43,673 nucleotides of DNA from a virus (IMGVR_UViG_3300020042_005083:1-43673), one strand, 5' to 3'; counted from the stretch's first letter, positions 27,612 to 35,682 are shown. A program made the numbers and translations. Notes: generated from the letters alone by a model not told the origin.

Positions 27612-27768
27612 TCCTTTTTGGTTGTCTCGGAGGCTTCTGGAAAACGATTTCCTTGGTGTAAAACCTGTGTCCGTTTCCGCACTCTCTGGTGCGAACCTCT
27701 CGCCGTGTTGCTTTAACCTCTGTCCATGCTCCGCATTCAGGGCATGGGAACCCCGTAGTTCTTGTCAT
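27589..27768 (-). CDS. NrdR / Ogr-like zinc-ribbon protein (59 aa, below the ORF-track cutoff)
   Basis: Read manually: MTRTTGFPCPECGAWTEVKATRREVRTRECGNGHRFYTKE. Confidence 0.65.
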   Translation of the reverse strand: MTRTTGFPCPECGAWTEVKATRREVRTRECGNGHRFYTKEIVFQKPPRQPKRSDDESAK

Positions 27769-27925
27769 TTACAGCCTTCTTGGAAACCATTTGGGCCAGC
27801 AGCCACTTATCCCCAAGTTGCTGGACTGCCCGCGCCCATTTTAATTGGTTCAGCCTGTTAAGGCCGGGGCTTGCCAAGTCACTGTTCCACAGAATCCTCG
27901 ACCTCTTCAGAAGTATCGTCTTCAT
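27737..27925 (-). CDS. Conserved phage hypothetical protein
   Basis: NQLKWARAVQQLGDKWLLA motif; GGAGG RBS. Confidence 0.6.
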   Translation of the reverse strand: MKTILLKRSRILWNSDLASPGLNRLNQLKWARAVQQLGDKWLLAQMVSKKAVNDKNYGVPMP

Positions 27926-28130
27926 GTTTCCACCCCTCCATTGATGAGCCGATCCAATAGCCAGCCTCGTTTACGCTCATGCCTTTTGCAATCATCTCTT
28001 CGGCTGTCATGCAACGGCGGTCTACACCGTAGTCTCCAGTCCTGTGCTTGTCAAAGGCAGTTACGCTGTTAAAGAACACCCTGCACCCACCGCATTGGTT
28101 GCGGCGTTTACCTACCTTGAGTGTGGTCAT
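27879..28130 (-). CDS. FDxHR-type zinc-binding phage protein
   Basis: NQCGGCRVFFNSVTAFDKHRTG...RRC. Confidence 0.75.
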   Translation of the reverse strand: MTTLKVGKRRNQCGGCRVFFNSVTAFDKHRTGDYGVDRRCMTAEEMIAKGMSVNEAGYWIGSSMEGWKHEDDTSEEVEDSVEQ

Positions 28131-28291
28131 CGCTTGATGTTCTTTCGTGGGCTTTTCAGGGGCGCTCTGCTAATCTCAGCAAAGGTCGAAGGCTGAGTGC
28201 CAACACCCCGGTCAGAGGCCCATGCTCTGGTCGCCTTGTCCTTCAAGGTCTGATGATCCCTCATCTGCTCCGGTGACATTGGTTTTTTCAT
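28127..28291 (-). CDS. Hypothetical protein (54 aa, below the ORF-track cutoff)
   Basis: Read manually: MKKPMSPEQMRDHQ...KNIKR; ATGA coupling to the next gene. Confidence 0.45.
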   Translation of the reverse strand: MKKPMSPEQMRDHQTLKDKATRAWASDRGVGTQPSTFAEISRAPLKSPRKNIKR

Positions 28292-28580
28292 GTCCATCCT
28301 TTTGATAAAGTTTGTTTAAATCTTCAACAACCAGTTCAGCAAATGACTTTCCTGATGGAAACCTCATCTTGGCTGCCTTGCTTGCATTAACCACGTTAAT
28401 AGATGAGTTAACCCCATCATTAAACCCAGCACAGTATCTATCGCCGCCGCTCATCCTAGAGGTGATACCCTCGCGGATTATCTGAGACATAGATATCTTA
28501 TGCTTGTGGCTGAATTTCTTTAGATCAGCATATGCTGGGTAATCCAGATATGCCATAAACGGTTTAAGAGAATGGGTCAT
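28212..28580 (-). CDS. Ribbon-helix-helix-like DNA-binding protein
   Basis: KPFMAYLD...YADLKKFSHKHKISMSQIIREGI; GAGG RBS. Confidence 0.6.
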   Translation of the reverse strand: MTHSLKPFMAYLDYPAYADLKKFSHKHKISMSQIIREGITSRMSGGDRYCAGFNDGVNSSINVVNASKAAKMRFPSGKSFAELVVEDLNKLYQKDGHEKTNVTGADEGSSDLEGQGDQSMGL

Positions 28581-28950
28581 ACTGTTCCTCGAAATCTCTA
28601 ACAAGTTTGTCAAACAGACTCCATGCTGCTTTGTTGCCGTTCAATTCAGACCTAGAAGAAATCTGGCAATATGCACATATGGTTTTTGCCGCCTCCTCTT
28701 CTGAGGACGCGCCCATAAAACTTTGGAACGATTCAGACTTAGAAAGAATGGCAGAATGTTTAACTCTGTTGTCGTATTGGGTTGGTTCTTCGTTGTCTTG
28801 AATCCGTACCAACGCAACGGCGTACCGCGACCCGACAAAATCCCGTAACAACTCCTCGGGAATTTCATCGGGGTGCAAGGACAAAGTCAGGACGTATCCC
28901 GTCCTGTCCTGCTTCAAGGCAACCTTACGGGCCTCAAACTGGAGGGCCAT
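28564..28950 (-). CDS. Conserved phage hypothetical protein
   Basis: MALQFEARKVALKQDRTGYVLTLSLHPDEIP...SRSEL. Confidence 0.65.
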   Translation of the reverse strand: MALQFEARKVALKQDRTGYVLTLSLHPDEIPEELLRDFVGSRYAVALVRIQDNEEPTQYDNRVKHSAILSKSESFQSFMGASSEEEAAKTICAYCQISSRSELNGNKAAWSLFDKLVRDFEEQYDPFS

Positions 28951-29251
28951 CTTTGAAGCACACCGTTTCAAGGTAAGCCACGATGGTGGTCAACTGCTCA
29001 ATCCGATTCTGCTGAACGATCAGCAAAGTCTTCATGTTCTCAATCAACTCAGCATCCTTGTTCAGCACAGCCCGCACCACGGTCTGCCCCTTGGTTGCCT
29101 GACTCTTCTTGGATTTGGCTTTCCGCACCTTTTGGGCAACGGAGTAAACATAGGCCAAAGTTGCGCCAGTATTAGCCACAACTTCCGGTGCTTTAGCAGC
29201 AGGATGTTCAGCCATATAGGCCCGAATTTTTCCGGCGAGGTTGTCTTTCAT
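28934..29251 (-). CDS. HTH-like protein with coiled-coil C-terminus
   Basis: KIRAYMAEHPAAKAPEVVANTGATLAYVYSV; GGAGGA RBS. Confidence 0.6.
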   Translation of the reverse strand: MKDNLAGKIRAYMAEHPAAKAPEVVANTGATLAYVYSVAQKVRKAKSKKSQATKGQTVVRAVLNKDAELIENMKTLLIVQQNRIEQLTTIVAYLETVCFKDGPPV

Positions 29252-29264
29252 AATTTCCTCCATG

Positions 29265-29567
29265 TTAGAAAGGCACGTCTTCATCGTCAGTAGATGCTGC
29301 GCGAGGCTTCTCGGCATCAGGCAACCAGCGATTTACCATGATCGACAGATACGTCTGTCCAGCATTGGCCCCGGTCTTGTACTGCTTCTTCCAGCCAGAC
29401 AATTTATAGATCAACAGGCTGCCATCATTCTTGAGGGCAGTCAAATCCTTGGGGTCGATGGCAATCTCGCCCCAGTAGTCAGGCATACCCTGACCCTTAG
29501 ATGGATTAGCCTTCAGCGTTCCGTAGTCCGCCTTGAATTCAAACTTCTTTTCGTAATCAGCCATCAC
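29265..29567 (-). CDS. Single-stranded DNA-binding protein-like
   Basis: PDYWG...LSGWKK...YLSI OB-like core with acidic DDEDVPF tail; adjacent to the annealase. Confidence 0.7.
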   Translation of the reverse strand: MMADYEKKFEFKADYGTLKANPSKGQGMPDYWGEIAIDPKDLTALKNDGSLLIYKLSGWKKQYKTGANAGQTYLSIMVNRWLPDAEKPRAASTDDEDVPF

Positions 29568-30235
29568 AGTTCTCCCTTAGTAAACTTGACTTTCATTTCT
29601 GTAAAGACCTTCTTTACACTTTCAAACAGATCAGGATGATTTGACTTCAGTCCATCAACCTGCGTCTGATTTGCCTTCCAATACGCCTTCAGCCCCGATT
29701 CGTCCTTGCAGACTTGCGTGACGTAGTGCAGCATGGCATCAACAAACAACTCAGCCTCTTCCCTCGACTTGCCAACTAACTTCGCCTCGGGTTTCGCCTC
29801 TGGCTTGGGGTCTGCCTTGATCTCTTGAGGCACAGGAGTCTCCCCCTCCTCTGGCAGGTCTTCACCCGCATAGATATACAGGCCAAGCCCGTGTAGTGCG
29901 ATGCACTTCACAAGGCACCGCATGATCGCGGTGTTTACCTGACAAGCGTCGGGTGCGGGGATCGGCTTGTTCCGGTGATCCATGACGGGCAGGAAACAGG
30001 TGCGCTGTTTGCCAAAAATGGTCACGCTGACCCACACCATAGCGGTGCCATTCACATCCATAAATGGACGCGAGATTTCCTCTCGGTCATGAAACGTGTT
30101 TACGCAGAACGTAGCCTCGGGGTCGGCCTTCAGAGCCTCTGCCCATGCCCATGCCCATGACAGGTAAGACAAGCCATTTTTCTTCTCAACGTGATCGTTC
30201 ACGTTGATTTTCAAAAGATCAATCGAAGTGGTCAT
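29564..30235 (-). CDS. Sak-like single-strand annealing protein (DUF1071, Rad52 superfamily)
   Basis: NVNDHVEKKNGLSYLSWAWAW...LPVMD...RCLVKCIALHGLGLYIYAGEDLP; AGGAG RBS. Confidence 0.85.
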   Translation of the reverse strand: MTTSIDLLKINVNDHVEKKNGLSYLSWAWAWAEALKADPEATFCVNTFHDREEISRPFMDVNGTAMVWVSVTIFGKQRTCFLPVMDHRNKPIPAPDACQVNTAIMRCLVKCIALHGLGLYIYAGEDLPEEGETPVPQEIKADPKPEAKPEAKLVGKSREEAELFVDAMLHYVTQVCKDESGLKAYWKANQTQVDGLKSNHPDLFESVKKVFTEMKVKFTKGEL

Positions 30236-31088
30236 TCTTCTCTCCTTGGAATTGTTGGCACCAATCGGCAACTGAACAATAGTTGCCCGTGCATCGCTTG
30301 GGTTCACCGGGACGTGTTTCGACGTATCCTTTCTCCTTTTCAGCCAACTCATTGGCTTCCTCTATGGTTTTGAACAACTTAATAGCAGTCTTCCTGCCTT
30401 CTCTCTTGACTGCGTAAACGGTCTCTGAAGTCCATCGCTCTTCAGCGGTACATGGTTGGAGTTCATCGCCCAGATCAGCCGCCACCTTGGCATTTCTGTG
30501 CATTTCAAGGCGCTGCTTGATGTACGCCTCCGTTTCCTCGTTTGACCAGACCGGAAGGTCAACCATGTGAATCGGGGCCTTGGGGTACTCGTCACGCGCG
30601 TCATGGCGGGAGAAGTCGCGGATGAAGGCACAGACCTTCAGCGAGACAACGCGCTCTCCCTTGACCTTCTCCACAAGGTACTTGTAGATGTTTAACTGCT
30701 GAACCCATTCAGCCTTTTCGCGCATCACCGACCACGCGCTGGTCATCTTGTAGTCGATGATCTCGGTGCCGAATGCGGTGTTGTGTTGCAGGTCAATCGC
30801 GCCGCTGATGGTCACGCCATCAATCTCAAGGAAGAGCCGCTCTTCGCTGACCCAGCCCTCAGTCACGCCGCGCTCCATCACAACGTGCAAGGCGCTGCCA
30901 AGCATAGACCAAAGCATATCTGAGACATCGGTCTCGATATTGTGGTCGTACTGTTCGCGCAGCCGCCTAATCTTAGGGGGCGACATCAGTTCGGTGACGC
31001 TGTATTGGCTGTGCCCCTTGCTGTAGTATTCGGCATTCGCCAGAGTGAGCAGCGGGGCTGGCACTCCGTGCTTGTTGGTGACCTTCAA
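30219..31088 (-). CDS. PD-(D/E)XK exonuclease (Cas4/RecB-like recombination nuclease)
   Basis: LGSALH...E.RL...ISGAIDL...IIDYKMT...QLNIY; C-terminal cysteines; TTG start with AGGAG RBS. Confidence 0.85.
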   Translation of the reverse strand: MKVTNKHGVPAPLLTLANAEYYSKGHSQYSVTELMSPPKIRRLREQYDHNIETDVSDMLWSMLGSALHVVMERGVTEGWVSEERLFLEIDGVTISGAIDLQHNTAFGTEIIDYKMTSAWSVMREKAEWVQQLNIYKYLVEKVKGERVVSLKVCAFIRDFSRHDARDEYPKAPIHMVDLPVWSNEETEAYIKQRLEMHRNAKVAADLGDELQPCTAEERWTSETVYAVKREGRKTAIKLFKTIEEANELAEKEKGYVETRPGEPKRCTGNYCSVADWCQQFQGEKNDHFD

Positions 31089-31100
31089 TCGGTGCTCCTA

Positions 31101-31529
31101 ATGACTCAGAGCCTAGATCATAGTGCTATTGCGAACAGAGCGCAAGCGGTATCGATGATTTTTTTTGGGGAGCCCGCATCAAAGGCCAACTCACGGCGGG
31201 TTGTGCGCTTCGGAGGAATGTCCCGTTTAATCAAAAGCGCCAAGGCTTTGACCTACTCAGAGTTGTTTAAACAACAGGCTGTGCCCATCAGCCCCCTGCT
31301 GGATGGCGATCTATGCGTCACCATGCATATCTACTACGCCTCACGGCGTCCCGACCTTGATGAGTCCTTAATCCTTGACTTGCTTCAGGATGTTGTTTAC
31401 GTCAATGACCGGCAGGTCAAGGAGAAGCACATCTATTGGCACTTGGACAAAGAGTCCCCTCGGACGGTGATCACGGTGACAAAAAAAGACCCTGCACTCG
31501 GCAGGGTCAAGAAGGAGAGAGAGAAATGA
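31101..31529 (+). CDS. rusA: RusA-family Holliday junction resolvase (start may be 31155)
   Basis: GEPASKANSRR...RRPDLD...ILDLLQ..VYVNDRQV...PRTVITV. Confidence 0.8.
   Translation: MTQSLDHSAIANRAQAVSMIFFGEPASKANSRRVVRFGGMSRLIKSAKALTYSELFKQQAVPISPLLDGDLCVTMHIYYASRRPDLDESLILDLLQDVVYVNDRQVKEKHIYWHLDKESPRTVITVTKKDPALGRVKKEREK
31117..31145 (-). promoter_or_regulatory. Sigma70-type promoter of the recombination operon
   Basis: Minus strand TTGCGC-17 nt-TATGAT; spacer contains TGTTCGCA. Confidence 0.65.
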
Positions 31530-31565
31530 CACCTTGCGGTGCCCCTCAAGTGTACAACAAAGTGC

Positions 31566-31594
31566 TTGACAGGGCCGTGGCATCGGCCCAGAAT
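31566..31594 (+). promoter_or_regulatory. Sigma70-type promoter with a palindrome in its spacer
   Basis: TTGACA-17 nt-CAGAAT; GGGCCG-N6-CGGCCC inverted repeat at 31572-31589. Confidence 0.7.
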
Positions 31595-31600
31595 GCAACC

Positions 31601-31975
31601 ATGTCGCCGTGGAAAGCGCCTAGTTGACCGTTGACTCATGCCCCTGCCCTCAAGCGACGTATGTGCGTAAAGGGTTTCCACCGGGGGCAGCAGTCAACGG
31701 TCACTAGTAACCTCCACGGTGCATCGGACTCCATCCGATAGCAAGAGCGTACCCCCGCTGCGTGGAAGAAAAGGGTTACACGGTACGTCTTAGTACTAGG
31801 GGGCAGTTCCCGAATAATCCGTGCGGCTGGTCGAATCTTGAAGCCGAGGGGTCAAGTCAACGCTTGACATCAAGATACCCTTACGGGTGATGGCATACCC
31901 TCCTATACCCTAATATCATGGGGTAGGGGGGTCTTTGGATGGCGGATAATGAATGGCCCCCCAAGGGGCCTATAA
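31601..31975 (+). ncRNA. Highly structured leader / candidate ncRNA (CI/c4-like antisense element in its 5' half)
   Basis: No convincing ORF; 12-bp perfect stem 31625-31636 / 31692-31703 and at least six further hairpins. Confidence 0.6.
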
Positions 31976-31988
31976 ATAGGAGAGAGAG

Positions 31989-32477
31989 ATGGATATAGGC
32001 TTAGAGGTGGGTGTCCTGCGGGATGAATGGCATGGGCATATCAAGACTACCGGGGCTCATTGCCCCGTCTGTGATCGGTGGGGCAAGATATATGGCATCA
32101 GCCTAAACCGGACAATGGCGAAATCCTTGATCTGGTTGTTGGGTGCCAAGAAGGATGAAGATGGGTGGGCGGATGTTCCCCAGAATGCCCCGCGCTGGAT
32201 TGTTCGCAGCAATCAGTTGACCACCCTCAAACGGTGGAACTTGGTCGAACGCAGACCCAATGACCCTGAGTCCAAAACAAAATTCTCTGGTATGTGGCGA
32301 CCGACGGAGTTAGGATGCTCCTTCGCCAACCGCCAGACTTCCGTCCCCAAGAAGGTGTTTACATACCACGACGTTGTGCAGGGGTTCAGCGATGATCTGG
32401 TCACCATTGACCAATGTTTCGATGAGGTCTTCGACTACGAAGCCATGATGTCGGAATCCTTCACGGGGGAGCCATGA
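31989..32477 (+). CDS. Hypothetical protein (CxxC plus winged-helix-like region)
   Basis: AGGAG RBS; HCPVCDR...LKRWNLVE...GMWRPTELG. Confidence 0.7.
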   Translation: MDIGLEVGVLRDEWHGHIKTTGAHCPVCDRWGKIYGISLNRTMAKSLIWLLGAKKDEDGWADVPQNAPRWIVRSNQLTTLKRWNLVERRPNDPESKTKFSGMWRPTELGCSFANRQTSVPKKVFTYHDVVQGFSDDLVTIDQCFDEVFDYEAMMSESFTGEP

Positions 32478-32710
32478 GAGATTACAAGCAGGAATACGCC
32501 ACACAGAAAGCCAGAGCAGAACACCCAGACCGAATGGAAAGGCAGCGAGCCAGAAGGAAACTGGACGCTAAGGGTGTGAACAGGGCAGGTAAAGACGTTG
32601 CTCATGTGAAGGCCCTGTCCAAAGGCGGTTTAAACAAAGACGGGGTGAAGTTGGAGGCCCCGTCCAAGAACCGCAGTTTCCCGCGCAAGTCGGATGGCTC
32701 GATGAAATGA
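32474..32710 (+). CDS. Small HNH-like endonuclease
   Basis: RDYKQEY...GKDVAHVKALSKGG...SKNRS; ATGA-coupled on both sides. Confidence 0.7.
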   Translation: MRDYKQEYATQKARAEHPDRMERQRARRKLDAKGVNRAGKDVAHVKALSKGGLNKDGVKLEAPSKNRSFPRKSDGSMK

Positions 32711-34389
32711 ACGCAGAGTTTGTCGAGCAGTTTCATTTCGGGGACAGCACCAGAGTTGCCTGTCCCGAATGTTCATTCGATAGGAAGAAACCCAACGCCA
32801 AGGACATGACCCTGACCCGCAAATCAGATGGGGCAGTTGTTTATTGCTGCCATCATTGCGGGGCCACGGGTTCAGTTCAAGCCAAGAAAGCACATTACAA
32901 AGTGGCAGCACTCCCAAAGATGACACTTGTCAAAAGCAGTTTACAAATCCATCACTATCAATGGTTGAAAGCACGGGGGATATCAGCAGCCACAGCAGAT
33001 AAAGCAGGGTTATTCGCCGCAGAGAAGTTCTTTGGGCGGTTGGATAAGGTTCACGATTCCATTGGGTTCCCTTATTTCCGCGCCGGGGAGTTTGTCGGAG
33101 CCAAGTATCGCGCTATTCCAGAGAAAGATTTCACTCAAGATCAAGGTGGAGGGCAGGACTTCTTTGGCATCGACAATGTCATAGCGGGGCATCCCATCAT
33201 CATCGTTGAAGGTGAGGTGGACTGTTTAACTCTGATGGAGGCGGGGATCGTCAATGCGCTGTCAGTTCCCACCGGGGCGCCCCTCAAGGTGTCAGATGGA
33301 AAGATTGCCCCGTCAGAGGACAAGCGTTTTGGCTATGTATGGGCAGCGCGGGAAGCCCTTGAGGCTGCCCCTTACATTGTGTTGGCGACGGATCAGGATG
33401 TTCCCGGCCAAGCCTTGGCAGAGGAGTTGGCGCGGCGGATCGGCAAAGAGAAATGTCGGCTTGCCAAGTTCTCAGGCAAGGACTTAAACGATGTCTTCAA
33501 CGATCCCACCAACACCACCACGTTGCAGGAGATCATCGACTCAGCGCAACCTTACCCCATCTCAGGCTTATCTGATGCCGCCACCTACGCGGATCGTTTA
33601 AACGACCTGTATCAGAAGGGGACTGGGGCAGGGTTCTCGACGGGTTACCAATCCATCGACACCATTTACACAGTAGCCCCCGGCCAACTGACGGTGGTCA
33701 CCGGATACCCATCAAGCGGCAAGTCCAACTTTGTTGATCAGATCATGGTCAACTTGGCAAAGGGCAGCGATTGGAAATTCGGCGTTTGTTCCTTTGAGAA
33801 CCAACCCGAGATTCACATCACCCGCCTCATGGAGATTTACACAGGCAAACGGTTCTTCGACGGCAAGCAGAGAATGTCGAAGGAAGAGGCAGATGAAGCA
33901 TTGAAGTGGGTGAACGATCACTTCCTCTTCATTGACTCGCAGGGGGAAGAACCCAACACATTGGATTCAATCCTTGACCGTGCCCGTATAGCAGTTAAAC
34001 GCATGGGCATCAGAGGGTTGGTCATTGACCCATACAACTACATAGACCTGCCGAGGGAAAACTCCACCGAGACTGACGCCATCAGCCAGATGTTGACAAG
34101 GGTTCAGAAGTTCTGCAAGGCCCATGAAGTTCACACGTTCTTCGTGGCTCACCCTTCCAAAGTGCAGAGGGCAGGTGTTGAACAACCAAGGCCAGACGGA
34201 ATGTCCATCAGCGGGTCAATGGCATGGTGGGCTAAGACTGACTGCGGTATCACAGTCCATAGGCAGAAAGACCATGTGGAAATAGCAGTCTGGAAATGCA
34301 GGTACAGGTGGGTCGGCACCCAAGGCGAGACCACTTTGCTTTACAACAAGGTGGCAGGAACCTACGCAGAGAATCTTGACAAGTTCTGA
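32707..34389 (+). CDS. Primase-helicase, T7 gp4 / Twinkle type
   Basis: Zinc finger CPEC...CHHC; TOPRIM IVEGEVD and DQD; Walker A GYPSSGKS; VIDPYN; VAHP. Confidence 0.92.
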   Translation: MNAEFVEQFHFGDSTRVACPECSFDRKKPNAKDMTLTRKSDGAVVYCCHHCGATGSVQAKKAHYKVAALPKMTLVKSSLQIHHYQWLKARGISAATADKAGLFAAEKFFGRLDKVHDSIGFPYFRAGEFVGAKYRAIPEKDFTQDQGGGQDFFGIDNVIAGHPIIIVEGEVDCLTLMEAGIVNALSVPTGAPLKVSDGKIAPSEDKRFGYVWAAREALEAAPYIVLATDQDVPGQALAEELARRIGKEKCRLAKFSGKDLNDVFNDPTNTTTLQEIIDSAQPYPISGLSDAATYADRLNDLYQKGTGAGFSTGYQSIDTIYTVAPGQLTVVTGYPSSGKSNFVDQIMVNLAKGSDWKFGVCSFENQPEIHITRLMEIYTGKRFFDGKQRMSKEEADEALKWVNDHFLFIDSQGEEPNTLDSILDRARIAVKRMGIRGLVIDPYNYIDLPRENSTETDAISQMLTRVQKFCKAHEVHTFFVAHPSKVQRAGVEQPRPDGMSISGSMAWWAKTDCGITVHRQKDHVEIAVWKCRYRWVGTQGETTLLYNKVAGTYAENLDKF

Positions 34390-34403
34390 AATGTAGATAC
34401 AAT
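34376..34403 (+). promoter_or_regulatory. Strong sigma70-type promoter at the end of the primase gene
   Basis: TTGACA-16 nt-TACAAT. Confidence 0.65.
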
Positions 34404-34408
34404 TTGTT

Positions 34409-34480
34409 CTGTTCCCGCAAGAACAGTTGGCCCCGGCTGACATAAAAGGCGCAAAGAGTCCTACCTCTTTGCGCCTTTTT
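34409..34480 (+). ncRNA. Candidate ~70-nt small RNA
   Basis: Lies between the promoter and an intrinsic terminator; hairpin CTGTTC/GAACAG; no ORF. Confidence 0.5.
34444..34480. terminator. Bidirectional intrinsic terminator
   Basis: AAAAGGCGCAAAGAG-TCCTAC-CTCTTTGCGCCTTTTT. Confidence 0.85.
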
Positions 34481-34488
34481 CATTGAAG

Positions 34489-34818
34489 CGCCCGCCACGG
34501 ATCGCCCGCCACGGATCGGGCTACTGGCATCGGCCCCCGCTCGGGGGCCTTTTTTTCGCCCGCGATTCGTAAAAGCCGGGAAATGCGAATCCGGTGTGGT
34601 GGCGTTTACATCCTGATTTCGCTGATTTCGCTGATTTCGCTGATTTCGCTGATTTCGCCGTAAGAATTCTTACCCCCGCCATAAGATTTTTTATACATTT
34701 CAATCCGCCCCATGTTTAAACGCATTGACGCCGGGTGAGCCACCGGGTGAGCCACCCGTTTAAACAATGAAACGTAAACACCGATACGGGCGGATTCCGA
34801 TACGGACGGATACGGACG
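34489..34818. repeat. Cluster of short tandem repeats (iteron-like)
   Basis: CGCCCGCCACGGAT x2 (34489-34516); CTGATTTCG x5 (34613-34657); CCGGGTGAGCCA x2 (34731-34754); GATACGGACG x2 (34799-34818). Confidence 0.9.
34532..34556 (+). terminator. Intrinsic terminator
   Basis: GGCCCCC-GCTC-GGGGGCC followed by T7. Confidence 0.85.
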
Positions 34819-34844
34819 AAAAAAAAGGAACCCGAAGGTTCCTT
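34819..34844 (-). terminator. Intrinsic terminator of the early (minus-strand) region
   Basis: Minus strand GGAACC-TTCG-GGTTCC followed by T8 (C-UUCG-G tetraloop). Confidence 0.88.
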
Positions 34845-34942
34845 GTGTAGGGGGTGAGGCGGCTGGCCTCATGAAGCAGAGTTCGTATCAGAGAAAGGAC
34901 TAGAAATGTGGCCGCGCTAACCGACCACCCAGCCGCCCCACC

Positions 34943-35173
34943 TTACATTTGCGCTGCGCCCAGCGCGGAGTGAATGTTGTTCGTTGTGACTATGCGAACG
35001 GTGGCGCGGGACTCGGTCATCAGCAGCACCTGCCACCCGTCCTGCAATTTCACAACGAACCTCTCACCCTTGTCAACAAAACCTTGATGGTCGATCAGCG
35101 CCACGTTGGGGATGGCATACGCCGCCTTCAAGAATGCAGGGTCGCGGCTTGTGATTACCTTCACCTGCCTCAT
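34943..35173 (-). CDS. Hypothetical protein
   Basis: ATGA coupling; last gene before the terminator. Confidence 0.6.
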   Translation of the reverse strand: MRQVKVITSRDPAFLKAAYAIPNVALIDHQGFVDKGERFVVKLQDGWQVLLMTESRATVRIVTTNNIHSALGAAQM

Positions 35174-35382
35174 CGATCACCCCCGACGTGATACTCGTAA
35201 ACAGCAGCGTAACCTGCCTTCGCCATCTCGGACTCGACCTCGCGCTGGACACCTGCCCCGCCACCCGTGAAGGACGGGGACAGGACACAGATCGCCCAGC
35301 CAGCGGCGCGGAGGCTTTGGATCGCCCTGCGTTGAGTCTCGGTGAGGTTGACGACCAAGTCGTCTTGGTGTTGTGTGTGCAT
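35170..35382 (-). CDS. Hypothetical protein
   Basis: GGAG RBS before MHTQHQ; AIQSLRAAGWAICVLSP. Confidence 0.6.
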   Translation of the reverse strand: MHTQHQDDLVVNLTETQRRAIQSLRAAGWAICVLSPSFTGGGAGVQREVESEMAKAGYAAVYEYHVGGDR

Positions 35383-35469
35383 TAGGGTCTCCAATAAAGA
35401 ATGTCGAGCGCCACTACATAAGCGGCAAGGACGTAAACAAAAGCCAACAGCCATTCTGATCGGTTCATA

Positions 35470-35682
35470 TTAAATCTCTTTCTCTTGAATCAGGGCCGTT
35501 AGTTCAGCGGCGGCTTTTTCATACCGCTCCACCTGCCGCTCATAGGTGGCATAGCGACGGTTTCCGCTGAGGCTGCCCGTTCCGTATTTGTGAGCGTCAT
35601 AGTGGGCATGAACTTGTCTGCGCCGCGCATCGTTCATAACGCCAATCAATTTGAGGCAGCGGTCTGCCTTCTTATTGGTCAT
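35470..35682 (-). CDS. Hypothetical protein
   Basis: ATGA coupling; 70 aa. Confidence 0.6.
   Translation of the reverse strand: MTNKKADRCLKLIGVMNDARRRQVHAHYDAHKYGTGSLSGNRRYATYERQVERYEKAAAELTALIQEKEI

Noticed and set aside
30219-31088. Cas4 as part of a CRISPR system
   Set aside because: Context is exonuclease + Sak + SSB recombination module; no cas genes or array
31601-31975. tRNA, group I/II intron or IscB/HEARO-type guide RNA
   Set aside because: No cloverleaf with T-loop consensus, no interrupted gene or intron-encoded protein, and the nearby HNH is only 78 aa with no RuvC motifs
34613-34657. CRISPR or mini-array
   Set aside because: Contiguous 9-mer tandem repeat with no spacers; the other nearby repeats are unrelated two-copy units
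34521-34872. ORFs 34521-34703 and 34606-34872 (SAKSAK / EISEIS repeats)
   Set aside because: Translations of the 9-mer DNA repeat that run across terminators; no RBS
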